From: the human T2T-CHM13v2.0 reference genome, Homo sapiens
DNA: 64,000 bases
Direction: 5' to 3' (one strand)
Assembly: GCF_009914755.1 (NCBI RefSeq)
Contig: NC_060931.1
Shown piece after piece: positions 23,495 through 38,036 of this stretch. The position numbers and the translations under genes were made by a program. The first letter of the stretch is position 1. Every line of letters begins with the position of its first letter. Below the pieces are notes generated by a model, which was not told where the DNA came from, ran no database searches, and saw only the letters and a program-made list of their open reading frames with translations.

Positions 23495-25362
23495 TTTGCA
23501 ATCAATCTTTTAGGAGATGTTTTATCTTCTTGTATTTGGATGTCTAAATCTCTAGCAAGGCCAGGGAAGGTTTCCTCAATTAAATTTTCCAAGATTTTTT
23601 CTGCTCTCTCTTCTCCCTCAGGAACACTGATTATTCTTAGTTTGGCCCTTTTATATAATCCCATATTTCTTGGAGACTGCTCATTTCTTTAGATTCTTTT
23701 TTCTTATTTTTGTCTGGTTGGGTTAATGCAAAAGCCTTGTCTTCAAGTTCTGACATTCTTTCTTCTACGTCTTCAAGTTCGCATTCTTTCTTCTACTTAT
23801 TCTAGTCTATTGTTGAAAAATTTCACTGTAGTTTAGAATTTCCTAAGTGTGTCTTTTATTACCAGAAGTTCTGACTGATTTTTCTTTAAGATACCTCTTC
23901 CTTTAGAAAATTTTGTTCATTGGGTTTTTGTTTTTGTTTTTGTTTTTTACATTTGTTTATGTTGGTTTTACCTTTCTGTGGTATCTCTTTGAGTACCTTA
24001 ATAATCAGCCTTTTGAATTCTTCTTCTGGTATGTCAACAATTTTATGTTGGTTTGGATCCATTGCTGGAGAGCTAGTGTGATCTTTTGGGGGTGTTTTAG
24101 AATCCCATATTGTCATATTACCAGAATTATTTTTCTGGTTCCTTCTAATTTGGTAAGACTAATTATTGTTGAAATTATTTTTGACTGCTTTTTTTTCTTT
24201 TCCCCCCTTAAGGATGTGATTTTAATGCTTATGGTTTATTGTAGTCTAATTGAGCTCTTGGTATTTTCAGGAGTGAAGACTGCATGAGTTCCTTGACTAT
24301 AGAGAGGCTGATTCTGGGGAATATCTGCAAGGAATGCACAGATGTGACCTGTCCACAAGTCTCCCAGCAGTGGGTACTGGCACCAGCTACGTTGGGAATG
24401 ACAGGGGAGTCACATAGACTCGGAGATTTCTTGGATATAGGTGGTCTTAGTGTATTGGCATTCTCAAATACCAGTTGTGATAGTAATGAACAGTCACATG
24501 GACAGACTCAGGACCTCCTGGTTAGCCAGAGTGGTATAGGCGATGGTGATAGCTGAGGTCATGAACAAGTTTTCTCCTTCCTGGGTGCAGTGTTATTTTA
24601 CCTGAATGCTGTAATGGACTGTGTCAGCTGGCCTCCACCCAGGAGGTGTTGGTTGCAAAACAGCACTAGCTGTGGTAGTAGTAGCAGGATTTGTGCCTGT
24701 TTTTTTGCAGTACTCTGGTTTCTCGGGAGATGGATGGGGCCATAAAGCTCCCCAAAGTTTTCATCCATTGTGTTAAGCTACATTTCCCACTCACCCCCTG
24801 ATTCTGGCCAAGAGAGTTCTTCCCAACTTGAGGTTATATTGCTAAATTCAGTTGGGAGCTTCTTTTAACCTGCCACTGCTGCCTTAGTTGGCAAACTTCC
24901 ACAAGGGTCCCAGTGAGGCAAAATAAGGAATGACTTCCTTCAGTCCACGCTGTAGACTGAGAATGCACACCAGGCTCCTCCCACTGCCATTCCTAGTTCC
25001 TACTTTTCTATTTCTCACTGCTCCCTAAACCAGTTCCAGTGCTGGGTAGGGTTAAGGCCTTCTGCATGGGCTGGATTGCCAGGTTCCCCAGTGGGGATGT
25101 ATGTCCTAGAGGCAGTGTCTTCCCCTCTCATACTCTCAGTACTTAGAGTTTTTTGCCTGGCTCATGGTATAGCCTGCAGCCTGCTGTTTCTTTCAAAGAA
25201 TCTGTGGATTTCAGTTTTCCTTTAAGTTTCTGTATTGTTTCTTGAAAATGATGTTCACAGTATGAATCTACACACTATTTTGCCTTTCCAAGTGGGAGAG
25301 GCATGCTAAAATTGCCTCCAATCCACCTTCTTGGAGCCAATCATCTTTTTAAAGAATGGTGG

Positions 25363-25741
<379 letters not shown>

Positions 25742-26755
25742 TTATTATTTATATTTTTTTAAAAAACTACCACTTACACATTGTAGCTGCTAAAAGATAG
25801 AGATAGAGATACTTTTACTAACTCTTACATGAGTTTTTATGTCCCTGTCCAGGTCTGCTGAAATCATATGGTGCTCATAAATATCTAGTTATATAGCCAA
25901 GAAACAAAAATTGCTGTCTCTTATAACTTGGGTCTGGAAAGCTATTCCACCTACAAATTGTCAGAATTCTCAGATAACTCTATTAAACCCGTCCTCCTAC
26001 ACAGAGGTAAGATAAATCAGGTAAAATAACAAAAAAACCATAATTAAACTCTGGAAGATTTAAAAAACAAATGATTAATAATTTTATTTTTATGCAAATA
26101 ACAAATCTTTGGGACAGATCAAATGCATTTTTTACTTCCATGTTGCCAAACTTTGATTTGATTGATTCTATATTTATCCCCATGTGGTAGCTGGAGCACT
26201 CACTTTAGAGAGAAACTTTCTTAATTCTAGCCTATCAAGGAGAATCTGCAAGTTAAAAACTCACTTTTATCAGCAGGCATTCCAAGAATGGCAGGTGGCA
26301 AATAAACCTCTTGGTGGATTATTCTAATTGTGTTTTCTTTGGCCTTCGTAACTTAAAAAGTGGTAAAAGAAGGAAGAGGGAGACTTGCGATGGTTTTGAC
26401 AGTTGTGTTTACATCTTTTTCTAGTGAACACTGTATGTGAAGTTTTCACTGACTCTAAGTATGAAGCTAGTTTGAGGGGGTCTATAACTTACATAATGGA
26501 TATATGGAAAGAAGAACTAGGAATAACTGGTTGCATTAAGTATATCAAAGTATTGACTAATGTTATTACTAATTATTTTTATGCCTTTCTCTACTTTTAT
26601 TAATTTTCACAATTTTTTATGAATTTATTTATGTTGAGAACAAGAGTAAATTACAAAATACTAAAACATAAAATTTAAATAAAAGAATGCAAAAATAAGA
26701 TAAGGCAAAAATACAAGGTCTAATCTAAATGAAGCCATAATGATATTAATCTGCA

Positions 26756-27049
26756 TTTTTTTTTTTTAAGAGACAGTCTTGCTCTGTCACCCAGGCTGGA
26801 GTGCAGTGGCACGATCTTGGCTCACTGCAACCTCCATCTCCTGAGTTCTAGCAATTCTCCTGCCTCAGACTCCTGAGTATCTGGGATTATAGGTGCACGC
26901 CACCACACCAGGCTAATTTTTTGTATTTTAGTAGAGATGGGGTTTCACTATGTTGCCCAGGCTGGTCTCAAACTCCTGAGCTCAGGCAATCCACCTGCCT
27001 CGGCCTCCCAAAGTACTAGGATTACAGGTGTTAGCCACCGCACCCAGCC
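26756..27049 (-). mobile_element. AluS full length
   Basis: Poly-T tail, both arms, flanking ctgcatttt / ctgcatctt repeats. Confidence 0.96.
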
Positions 27050-27721
27050 TGCATCTTCTTTTTATAACAACATCTATTTTAATTATAAATCTAAACCATC
27101 AAATATCAGTTTAAACTGTTACTGTATATTTTACAAAATATATCTAAAAGGAATTTTATCACAAATATTAGTTAATTGGTTGAGTATCTGGATATTTCTG
27201 ATAACCTTGTTTCAATATAACACAATGATAGTATTTTCCTAACAATTTCATTTTTTAAATAATTGAAGCAAAGAATCAAGTTTATTTTAAGTGACAAACT
27301 TCACAGTAACTGCCTACTTAGTAAATGTTTTTTTAATTTGGATTTTTTGAAAGGAAATATGCATGTATTGTGTCTTCAGAAATATGCAGACACTTATGTT
27401 TCTCACTGGCTGGAAGAACCCATAAAAGAAATGAGTTCATATGAGAGGTCAAAGTAAGAAGTGGAATTCCAGCAAGAACATATACTTCTCACTTGATCTT
27501 TCCAACTATCTCACATTGAATTATGTCTTTATATATTTACACTGTCTTCTCAATAGGACACCTTACATTTACTTAGAGTTTCAGCATTCATTTTTCAGCA
27601 AAAACCTACCACCTATAGTTGCAGGTTTTAAAAATTTTTTCTTATAATCCTCATGGACATTTATCCAAAACAATATTACTTTTCTTAAAAAGTTACACAG
27701 CAAGACTGCTGCAATGGTAAT

Positions 27722-28142
27722 TGTATTAGTCTGTTCTCACATTGCTATAAATAAATAATGAGACGGGATAATTTCTAAAGAAAAGAGAGCTTAGTTGTTG
27801 GCTCATGGTTCTGCAGGCTGTACAGGAAGCATGATACTGGCATATGCTCAGCTTCTGGGGAAGCCTCAGGAAACTTATAATCAAGGTGGAAGGTGAAGGG
27901 GGAGCACACACATCACATGGGCAGAGTAGGAGCAGGAGAGGAAGTGGGGAGGTGTGACACACTTTTAAACAACCAGATGTCATGAGAACTCACTGTTGCA
28001 ATGACAGCACCAAAGGGGATGGAGTTAAACCATGAGAAGCTGCCCCTGTGATCCAGTCACCTCCCACCAGGCCCCACTTCTAACACTGGGGATTACAATT
28101 CAACATGAGATTTGGGCAGGGACACAGATGCAAACCATATCA
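27722..28142 (-). mobile_element. MSTA-like solo LTR (ERVL-MaLR)
   Basis: tgtattagtctgttctcacattgctataa ... catgagatttgggcagggacacagatgcaaaccatatca, the reverse complement of the MST LTR. Confidence 0.92.
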
Positions 28143-28329
28143 TTGATAAATACAGAATGTGATGGACATATAAAAAAGAGCTCCCACATCTGTCTGAATG
28201 AAGAACAGCTTCCAAAGAGGTTGCATTTTTGCTGAGACTTGATAGTAAATTTAAATGTTGACAGAAAGGCTCATGTGAAAAATATATAGAAAGATGATGA
28301 GTATGATATGTTCTGGGAACTATGATTAG

Positions 28330-28714
<385 letters not shown>

Positions 28715-29080
28715 TAAGGAAGTTAGTGGCCAGGAGTGAGCTTAAACAGCTAGATAGGAGGTATGTGAAAATGGCCTTGTGTAATTGGTAAAGGGATCTA
28801 AATTTGTCTATTCTTGTTTCAGTTCTTTCACTGTATCACTCTATTCTTGTTTCAATTATTTAAATTTTTCCTCATATTTAAAAATTAACAAAGTTTCCCT
28901 ATCAGTCAAGTCTCATTCAAGTGACTCAAAGTCTGTCTTTTCAACAATTAACTTGTTAAATAAATACGCAATTTTTATTTGCTTCTTTTCTAGACAAATA
29001 GCACAATAATTATAATCCTTTAATGTAAATATCAAAGCAGTGTTTTTAAATTTATAAACTGCTTTTTTAGATTGCATGTG

Positions 29081-29289
29081 GGCCAGGTGCGGTGGCACAC
29101 TTGTAATCCCAGCACTTTGGGAGACTGGGGTGGGAGGATCATTTGAGGCCATGAGTTTGAGACCAGCCTCATGAGGCCATGAGGAAGGATCGTTTGAGCA
29201 CAGAGATTTGAGGGCTGCAGTGGACTATGATCATGCCACTGCACTCAGGCTTGGGCAGCAGAACGAGATCCCAACTCTCCAAAAAAAAA
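29081..29289 (+). mobile_element. AluJ with internal deletion
   Basis: Left arm to gagaccagcct fused to the right arm at ggatcgtttgagc; A tail; degenerate TSD agattgcatgtg / agaatgcacatgtg. Confidence 0.9.
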
Positions 29290-29529
29290 GAATGCACATG
29301 TGCAGATGGTATCATCTAGCTCAAGTCACTAAAACATTTTTCTCCTACTTTAGCTAAGTTTCACCATCATGGGAGATGCCTTTTTATAATCCCAGAGATA
29401 TCAATTTAGACCTTTCAGACCTATCTCTATAGTATCATGTCTTTTTGGAAGTAATTAATATAAATTTTCAGTAAAATAGGTGCTATTAGGATTGATACAT
29501 AAAGACCACCTTTCAATACTATTGATTAT

Positions 29530-29843
29530 TATTTTATTTTATTTTATTATTTTATTTTTTGATATGGAGTCTCGCCCTGTTGCCCAGGCTGGAGTGCAGT
29601 AGCATGATCTTGGCTCACTGCAACCTCCGTCTCCTGGGTTCAAGCAGTTCTCTGCCTTAGCCTCCCAAGTAGCTGGGATTACAGGCTCCCGCCAACACGC
29701 CCGGCTAATTTGTTTTGTATTTTTAGTAGAGACGGGGTTTCACCATCTTGGCCAGGCTGGTCTTGAACTCCTGACCTTGTGATCCACCCGCCTTGGCCTC
29801 CCAAAGTGCTGGGATTACAGGCATGAGGCACTGCTCCCGGACC
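29530..29843 (-). mobile_element. AluS full length
   Basis: (TTTTA)n tail and both arms. Confidence 0.96.
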
Positions 29844-30049
29844 CATTATTTTCTTCTTAAGGGTACTAAAAAAGCCCCCATACATTATTTGCTATAAGCA
29901 GAGGGCAGAAATAACAGAAATTACATGAAATTATCTTGACAGACATCTATCCTCCGAGTGTGCTTGACAGTTTGTGCCATTTGTGTCTGTCTTGTGTGAG
30001 TATATTGTTATTAGGACATGTAAAATTCTTAAAGAGAGGCAAGCACCAG

Positions 30050-30467
30050 TTGGTATTAGTGAAAGATAAGGCAGCACACTGCAACATCTGGAGTTGGGTG
30101 TATGTGCATGGAAAAAAGGAAACTTACAAAGAGGAAACAACATCCTTCCAGCAGGAAAATATGTAGCAGTCCAGGGGATACCTTAAATAGATAACAAAGG
30201 AATTGACTAATGTGTGAATATTGCTAGATTCTAAACATAGACCATGAAAGGTGCTAAACTGATTTGATGGGAAAATGAACACAAAGGAGCATATCCCTTC
30301 TTCCACCAGTTTTCGAGGCTCTTTCTAGTGCCCTCTATTGACAGAGCCAAAGGGGAGTCTGGTGTCAAAGGAGAAACAGGGTTTTTAGAGTTCCAGCCTT
30401 AGCATCACAAAGGAAAGTATAGCTGGGTGGATTGGAAACTGGCATCAAAAGCTTAGTAATTGGCACA
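30050..30467 (-). mobile_element. LTR33-like ERVL LTR fragment
   Basis: ccctctattgacagagcc...ccagccttagcatcacaaagg...gcttagtaattggcaca matches my recollection of the reverse-complemented LTR33 5' end. Confidence 0.55.
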
Positions 30468-30523
30468 TCTACCAAATATATAACTGTCTGGTTTTTAAAT
30501 AAATGACTATGAGTCTAATCATA

Positions 30524-30763
30524 GTGTGTGTGTGTGTGTATGTGTGCATATATATATATACATATATGTGCATATATATATACACATATGCATATATACA
30601 CACACATATGTATGCATATATACACACACATATATACACATAGCATGTGTGTATATATACACACACACAGTATATATATGTATATGTGTATATATGTGTA
30701 TATATATGTGTGCGTGTGTGTATGTATCTATATATACACACTCACATACATAGTGTGTGTGTG
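30524..30763. repeat. Mixed (TG)/(TA)/(CA) alternating purine-pyrimidine microsatellite
   Basis: Directly visible, ~240 bp. Confidence 0.95.
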
Positions 30764-31029
30764 TAATCTCAACACTTTAGGAGGCCGAGGAGGGTGGATT
30801 GCTTGAGCTCAGTTCAAGACCAGTTCGGGAAACATAATGAAATCCCATCTCTACCAAAAATACAAAATTTAGCTGGGCATAGTGGTGTGTGCCTGTGGTC
30901 GCAGCTACTAGGGAGGCTGATGTGGGAGGATTGCTGGAGCCTGAGCAGTAGAGGTTGTAGTAAGTGAGCCCAGGTTGTGCCACTGTACTCCAGCCTGGTG
31001 AAAAAGTGAAACCCTGTCTCAAAAAAAAA
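30762..31029 (+). mobile_element. AluJ, slightly 5' truncated
   Basis: tgtaatctcaacactttaggaggccgagg...ggaggattgctggagcc...accctgtctc plus A tail. Confidence 0.93.
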
Positions 31030-31039
31030 ATGCAGCATG

Positions 31040-34000
31040 AATTAGAAGGCTCAGTATTATAAAGCTATCAATTTTCTGTAAATTGATCTAAAAATTTACT
31101 GTTGTTGCAACCAAATAATTTCAAAATGGTTTACAAAAACGTTTTTTTAAAGTTCAAAAAATTTGTAGGATAAAGAAAAACTTTGATAATTTTTTGAGGA
31201 AGAAAACAAGATGGGAAAACTTGCTTTATCAAATATCAAGATATATTTTAAGACAGTTATTAAGATATTATAACATATAAGTAGACAAATAGAACGTAAA
31301 TTTCAAAATCAGATCCATGCATATTTGAAAAATTGATATATGTCAGAGGGATGATTAAAAATGAGAAGGGAATGGATTTTTTATGAAATAAATGCTATTA
31401 GGGCAACTGATTGTTCACATGAGGAAAAACTGAACTTGAATTACTATTTCAGCATATATATAATGACTAGTTTTAGATGGATTAAGGACTAAGTTTGAAA
31501 TGTACAGTTTTAACACCTTCAATAAAGTATTGAATAATATTTTCATGATATCAAATCAAGGGAAAACAAAATTATGTAAAATATTGATGTATTTGATTAT
31601 ATTAGGAGAGAAATTTATTAACACAAATTAACATTAAAGGTTAAAGGTCAAATAATTTTATATTTGAAAAAATGTAATGATATTAATTAAAGAAATACCT
31701 TGAATATCAAATAATGACAAAAAAGAATAATCCTATAGCTATATAGGCAAAATATATCAACCATAAATACACAGAGGATATAACACATATAGCCACTGTA
31801 TACATGGAAAGATATTCAATAATTCCATGTCCATGAAACACAGTTTTTAAGAAATAAAGTATTATATATTGCTGACCACGTGCAGTAGTGAAAACTCACA
31901 TAGCCTCATGGTGAAATGGTAAATTATTACATCCATCTTTGAAAATAATATTCCAATATCAAATACTATTCAGCATATTTATTTATACACTGAAATCCAG
32001 ACTTTCCATTTTTATGCACATACCCTAGACAAACATTGCACATGTGCACAAGAAAACATGCGCAGAAACACTGCTTACCACATTTGTATTTACTGAAAAA
32101 ATTGTAAACAACCTAAATAAGTATTTGTCAATAGGAGGATGAATAAATAAATTGTGGTACAGCAGTACAAAGAAAGCAGTAGGTCTACATATATAAGCAT
32201 AATTAAATCTCGTTTGTTGACCAAAATAAATGAACATTGCAGAATAACGATGGTGTAATATGACATTGAATCTTAAAGTATGCAAAAGAGTATTTTTTAT
32301 AAATATATATTTTTATAAAATATTTCTTAAACATTTATTAGAATTGATTAAAAAACAGATTCAGAAAGTAACCATTTCTCAGGGAATGGGATTCATAAGG
32401 GAAAATAGTGGTCTCATGCATAATCTGTAAAATATACATCTTTAGTAAATAAAGTCGCTGGAACAGATATTACATGTGGTTAAGAGATGCTAAACCTGGA
32501 TTGTGAGAATAGGAATTCAGTTATTTGTTATACATGTTTATTCCTTTTTCTCTGTACTTTTGAAAAATTTAACTACCTACTCGATTGAATATTTGTACTG
32601 ATAAAAATGCAACCCAATCCATACCTCACCCTTAATACAAAAATTAACTTAAAATGTAAATTTTACAATGTAAAACCTAAAAGTATGAAACTTATAGAAA
32701 AAGATAGAAGAAAATTATGACTTTAGGTCAAATGTTTCTTACATGTGAGACAAAAAAATACATTTTATTAAAGAAAAATGATAAATCAAACTACATAAAA
32801 TTTATTAATGACAAGTGATTATTAACAGAATACAGATGAGCCACAGGTTAGGAAAGAAGATGTGCAAATCACATATCACGAAAAATCTTATATCCAGAAT
32901 ATAGAAAGAATTATCAAAACTCAACAGCTAAGAAACAACCCAATAAAATATAGGCAATATTTTAGACAATAGGCATGAATAGACTCTTTACCAAGCAAGA
33001 GTTACAGATGATCAATAAATACGTGAAAAGATAGTCAATATCATTAGTCATTAGGTACATGGAAGTACAACTGCAATGAGATACCACTTTGCAACTATTA
33101 TAACGAAAAAGAAGAAAACTGACAATGCCAAGTGTTGACATGGATGGGGAACAACTGGAGCTTTCATACATTGCTGGTTGGAATGTAAAATGGCACAGCA
33201 AAACTTTCATTTTTTATAAAGTTAGGCACATGATTATGATATAATACAATATTCCCTCTCCTAGGTATTTACCTAGGAGACTAGGAGATATGAAAATATT
33301 TGTTCACACAAAAACTAGTACAAGTATATTTATAGCAGCTCTATTTTAATCATCAAAAACTAGAAAAAACTTAGATGTCCCTCAATAAATAAAATGATAA
33401 ATAGTGGAACATACATACGATGGAATATTACTCAGTGATTTAAAAAAAAGCAATTAACTAGGCTTCATCTACATAATATGAACCTTGGTCTCCACAACCC
33501 CTTATCTTAACCCAGACACTCCCTTCTATTGATTTCAGGTCTTCAGCTACCTATCCCCTGGAAGCCCCGGCTTCAAGCTGTCCTTCCTTTCCAGATCAAA
33601 TCAATGTACATCTTACATGTATTGATTGATGTCTTATGTCTTCCTAAAATGTAAGCTGTAGTCTGACCACCTTGGGCACATGTTCTCAGGATCTCCTGGG
33701 GCTGTTTCATGAGCCATGGTCACTCATATTTGGCTTAATAAATTTCTTCAAATACTAAAAAACATAATTAACTGTTGATATGTGCAATAACATAAATGAA
33801 TATCAAGTATACTGTGCTAGGTAAAAGAAGGCTGACTCAAAGGCTACACACTTTACTATTCCCTTTACATGACACTGTGGGAAAGGCAAAATTATGGAAA
33901 CAGAAAACAGATTAGTGGTGGCCAGGAGCTGAGCAAGAAAGGGGCTTATTTAAAACGAGCAGCAACACAACAGTTTTTTAAGTGGTGATAGACCTCTTTG

Positions 34001-34090
34001 GAATTGTAATGTTTGTCATGTGTGCCTTTGTCTATACTCAGAACTGAACACCAAAGAGGTAAATGTTATTATTGTGTGTAAAATAAAAAT
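31040..34090 (+). mobile_element. Old L1M (L1MC/ME-type) ORF2/3' fragments, probably two elements
   Basis: L1 motifs atcaaatatcaagatatatttta, ttatatccagaatatagaaagaa, gacaatgccaagtgttgaca, ctaggtatttaccta, atggaatattactcag. Confidence 0.8.
33460..33756 (+). mobile_element. MER4-family LTR 3' fragment (ERV1)
   Basis: ctggaagcccc...caatgtacatcttacatgtattgattgatgtcttatgtcttcctaaaatgta...gaccaccttgggcacatgt, homologous to the LTR at 38705. Confidence 0.88.
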
Positions 34091-35569
34091 TGACTAAGCA
34101 ATAATATAAATATATAGGTATATATGCACATATATGTACAAATATATTTTACAAATAATGTAAAACTTCATTTAATAATTTTCAGTACCTGTATTCTGAG
34201 TTTCCATATTACAAAGACTACTTGTCTGCCAATTCAGGGAGAAAAATTATGTTGTGAATAATTGAAATCTGTTAAAATTATTGAGATTTTCAGACAATTT
34301 TCAGAATAGAAAAGAAAGAAAATTTGTAAAATTTTCCATATGATTCTCTTGTCTTTATTCTATACTATTTCTAAAATACAGGTTTTTATGGGGCTTTAGG
34401 TTCAATGTTTTCAAGCAACCATCACAAAACCCTGGACAATTTTAGAGGTGGGGGTGAAAACAAAGGAAAGTGGTTGTTAACCAAATGGCAGAAGCTAAGC
34501 AAGCCATGGAATGGATGAATACTAAATGTTAATGAATAGCTGTTCTATGCCTCCAGACTCTTCTGTTTGTATTAATGAATAGAATTAATTAAAAGTAGAT
34601 ATAATATGATGATGAATTTTTTTAAAAAAGAATACTGCATATTTTTCTTTGTAACATTCCCCATAGTCTACTTTCTTGGAAATGTTACTTTTTATTTGTT
34701 CTTTTTTAAAAAACAAACACTGTTTTTGATAGACATTCAAACATCTTTCATAAAAGACAGAGACTACTTCTTCAAATGCAAACCAAAAGGGAATTTGGAA
34801 TAATTTTCTTGCCCTGTAGGAAGATTTTCCTTAGGGAAAGCTTATTTAATAGAGAAAATGTGTTGATTTCAGTAATCACAGATGTTTATTCCAGTCTATT
34901 TATATTTGGCTCTATATTTTTTATGACATAAATAAATTTCTTAAGTTTGGTGCTAATAAGAGTTTGTGATGCTGATAATCCTGACTACAGTTAGGAAAAA
35001 TGCATATGGCTATTCTCCAGGCTTGTTCACACAGATCTACCCACACACATCTTCATAGCAAATCTGTAATGCCACTGCTACTTAATTACTTGGCATCTAT
35101 TGTGCAAAGACTGACAACCTTACTACATAGTTGGGAAGAAAGACAAATTTCTATTAAGGAATAGACTGAGGTCACTGTGTTTATAACCTGTTACAGATTT
35201 GTTTACTTTCTTTACAAAGGTAAAATGTATCAGTGGCAAGTCATGATTATATTTCTAATGTTGATTTACATCAGATTCCATTATGTGGAATCTGAAAAAT
35301 TTTAGCTAGAATTGCATAAATCCATTTTAAACCTTGAAATTTCTTAAGCAGCTAAGGCATACATTTTGTAGAAATTTTGAAATGGGAACTCTGATGTGTA
35401 TGAGTGTGTGTGTGTGTGTATAGTCGTATATAATCATATACATTATAAACCCCTCCCATCACACACACAAACATTCCCTTAAAGGAGTACTAGCATGGAA
35501 GACAGAGGAAAGCTAGTATTTATTAAGCACCCATTTAGTAAGACTCTTAGCTGTTATTAATTACTATTA

Positions 35570-35893
<324 letters not shown>

Positions 35894-36301
35894 GGCTATG
35901 ATTATTTTTCTAAGCTTTGATCATAAGAAATCTCTAAGATACATGTTTAAACAGAAAATTGTGTCTTCCTCAAGGCCTACCAAATCAGACCCTAGGAGTA
36001 GAGGTCTAGGAATGTGTAATTTAGCAATTGCCAGAGGCGAGTCTTTTGACCAACAGAGTTTGAGAAAAACTGAGAAGAGTTCATTTAAACTTCAAGTTAT
36101 GCTGTAGACATTGTATCATTTTATAAAGAAACTAAAACAAATATTTATCAATAAACTTGGGCAATGTTGATTTATGATAAATGAGATCTAGAATGTGAAA
36201 TAAATCTTTGAATTCAAAAGTCTACATTTTCCTACCCTTGCGGTACTTGCTTTTTTCTTTTAACAGCTTTACTGATATGTAACTTACATATCATAAAATT
36301 T

Positions 36302-36403
36302 ACCCAGGAATTCGAGGCTGCAATGAGCTATGATTACACCACTACATTCCAGCCTGGGCAACAAAGTGAGACCATATCTATCTATCTATCAATCAATCAA
36401 TAA
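36302..36403 (+). mobile_element. AluJ 3' fragment with (TCTA)n(TCAA)n tail
   Basis: cccaggaattcgaggctgcaatgagctatgatt...cagcctgggcaacaaagtgagacc. Confidence 0.88.
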
Positions 36404-36936
36404 AGCCATCGATTTTTACTATATTCACAAAGCTGTGCAACCATCACTATTAGCACATTGTAGAACACTTTCATTACCCCTAAAATAAACCCAGACACAT
36501 TAGCAGTTATTCCCCATTTCTTCCTTTCCTCACACCTGGCAATTACTAATTTACTTTTATTTTCTCTGTGGATTTGCCTATTATGAATATTTCTTTTAAA
36601 TGAAATCACACAGCATGTTGCCTTTTGTGTTTGGCTTCTTAATGTTATAATATTTTCAAGGCTCGTCCACATTGTAGCTTGTATCAGTTCTTCTATACTT
36701 TGTGTGAAAGTTTTTCTATGAATATATATTTTCAATTATGTTGAATATGAGTAGAATTGTCAAATGATAAGACAGCTCTATGTTTAACATTTTGTGGAAT
36801 TCCCAAATTGTTTTTGAAAGTTTTTGTACAATGTTACAATTCCACCACCAACTTTCCTCTATATCTATCAACACTTTTTATTTTTGATCTTGTCATTTTG
36901 CCATCTTAATGAGTGCAAAATGCTATCTCATTGTAG

Positions 36937-37259
36937 GTTTTTTTATTTTATTTTATTTTATTTTTTGAGATGGAATCTTGCACTGTCGCCCAGGCTGGAG
37001 TGCAGTGGCGCAATCTCCACTCACTGCAAGCTCCACCTCACCAGTTCACGTCATTCTCCTGCCTTAGCCTCCTGAGTAGCTGGGCTACAGGCGCCAGCCA
37101 CCAAGCCCGGCTAATTTTTGTGTGTGTGTATTTTTAATAGAGACGGGGTTTCATCGTGTTAGCTGGGATGGTCTCAATCTCCTGACCTCGTGATCTGCCC
37201 GCCTTGGCCTGGCAAAGTGCTGGGATTACAGGCTGGGATTATGGCCACGGCACCTGGCC
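36937..37259 (-). mobile_element. AluY-like element inserted at the tail of an older Alu
   Basis: Diagnostic ctgcaagctcc, ttcacgtcattctcc, cgtgttagc; TSD taggtttttt at 36934 and 37260. Confidence 0.92.
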
Positions 37260-37262
37260 TAG

Positions 37263-37551
37263 GTTTTTTTTTTTTTTTCTTTTGAGACAGCCTTGCTCTG
37301 TCGCCCAGGCTGGAGTGCAATGGTGCCATCTCCTGGGCTCAAGTGATCCTCTTGGCTCAGCCTCCTGAGTAGCTGGGACTCCAGGCACGCACCACCACAC
37401 TTAGCCAATTGTGTGTTTGTGTGTGCACGCACGCATGTGTTTTGTAGATATGGGTTTTGCCATGTTGCTCAGGCTGGTTGAGGTCAAGCAATCTGCCCAC
37501 CTCAGCCTCCCAAAGTGCTGGGATTACAGGTATGAGCCAGTGCGCCCGGCC
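37263..37551 (-). mobile_element. Older Alu (AluJ-like) with small deletions
   Basis: gggctcaagtgatcctc; outer TSD tcattgtag at 36928-36936 and 37552-37560. Confidence 0.9.
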
Positions 37552-37705
37552 TCATTGTAGTTTTGACCTGCAATTTCTTAATGACTTATGATGATTCCTA
37601 TCATTTCTTATGCTTACTGGGTATTTATAGATCTGATCTGGAGTTATGTCTGTTTAAATTCTCTGACCATTTTAAAAATCAGTCCGTATTTTTATTAAGT
37701 TATAA

Positions 37706-38036
<331 letters not shown>

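Noticed and set aside
26282-26293. ccaagaatggca shared with 13217-13228
   Set aside because: A 12 bp match is expected by chance within 64 kb, and there is no junction evidence
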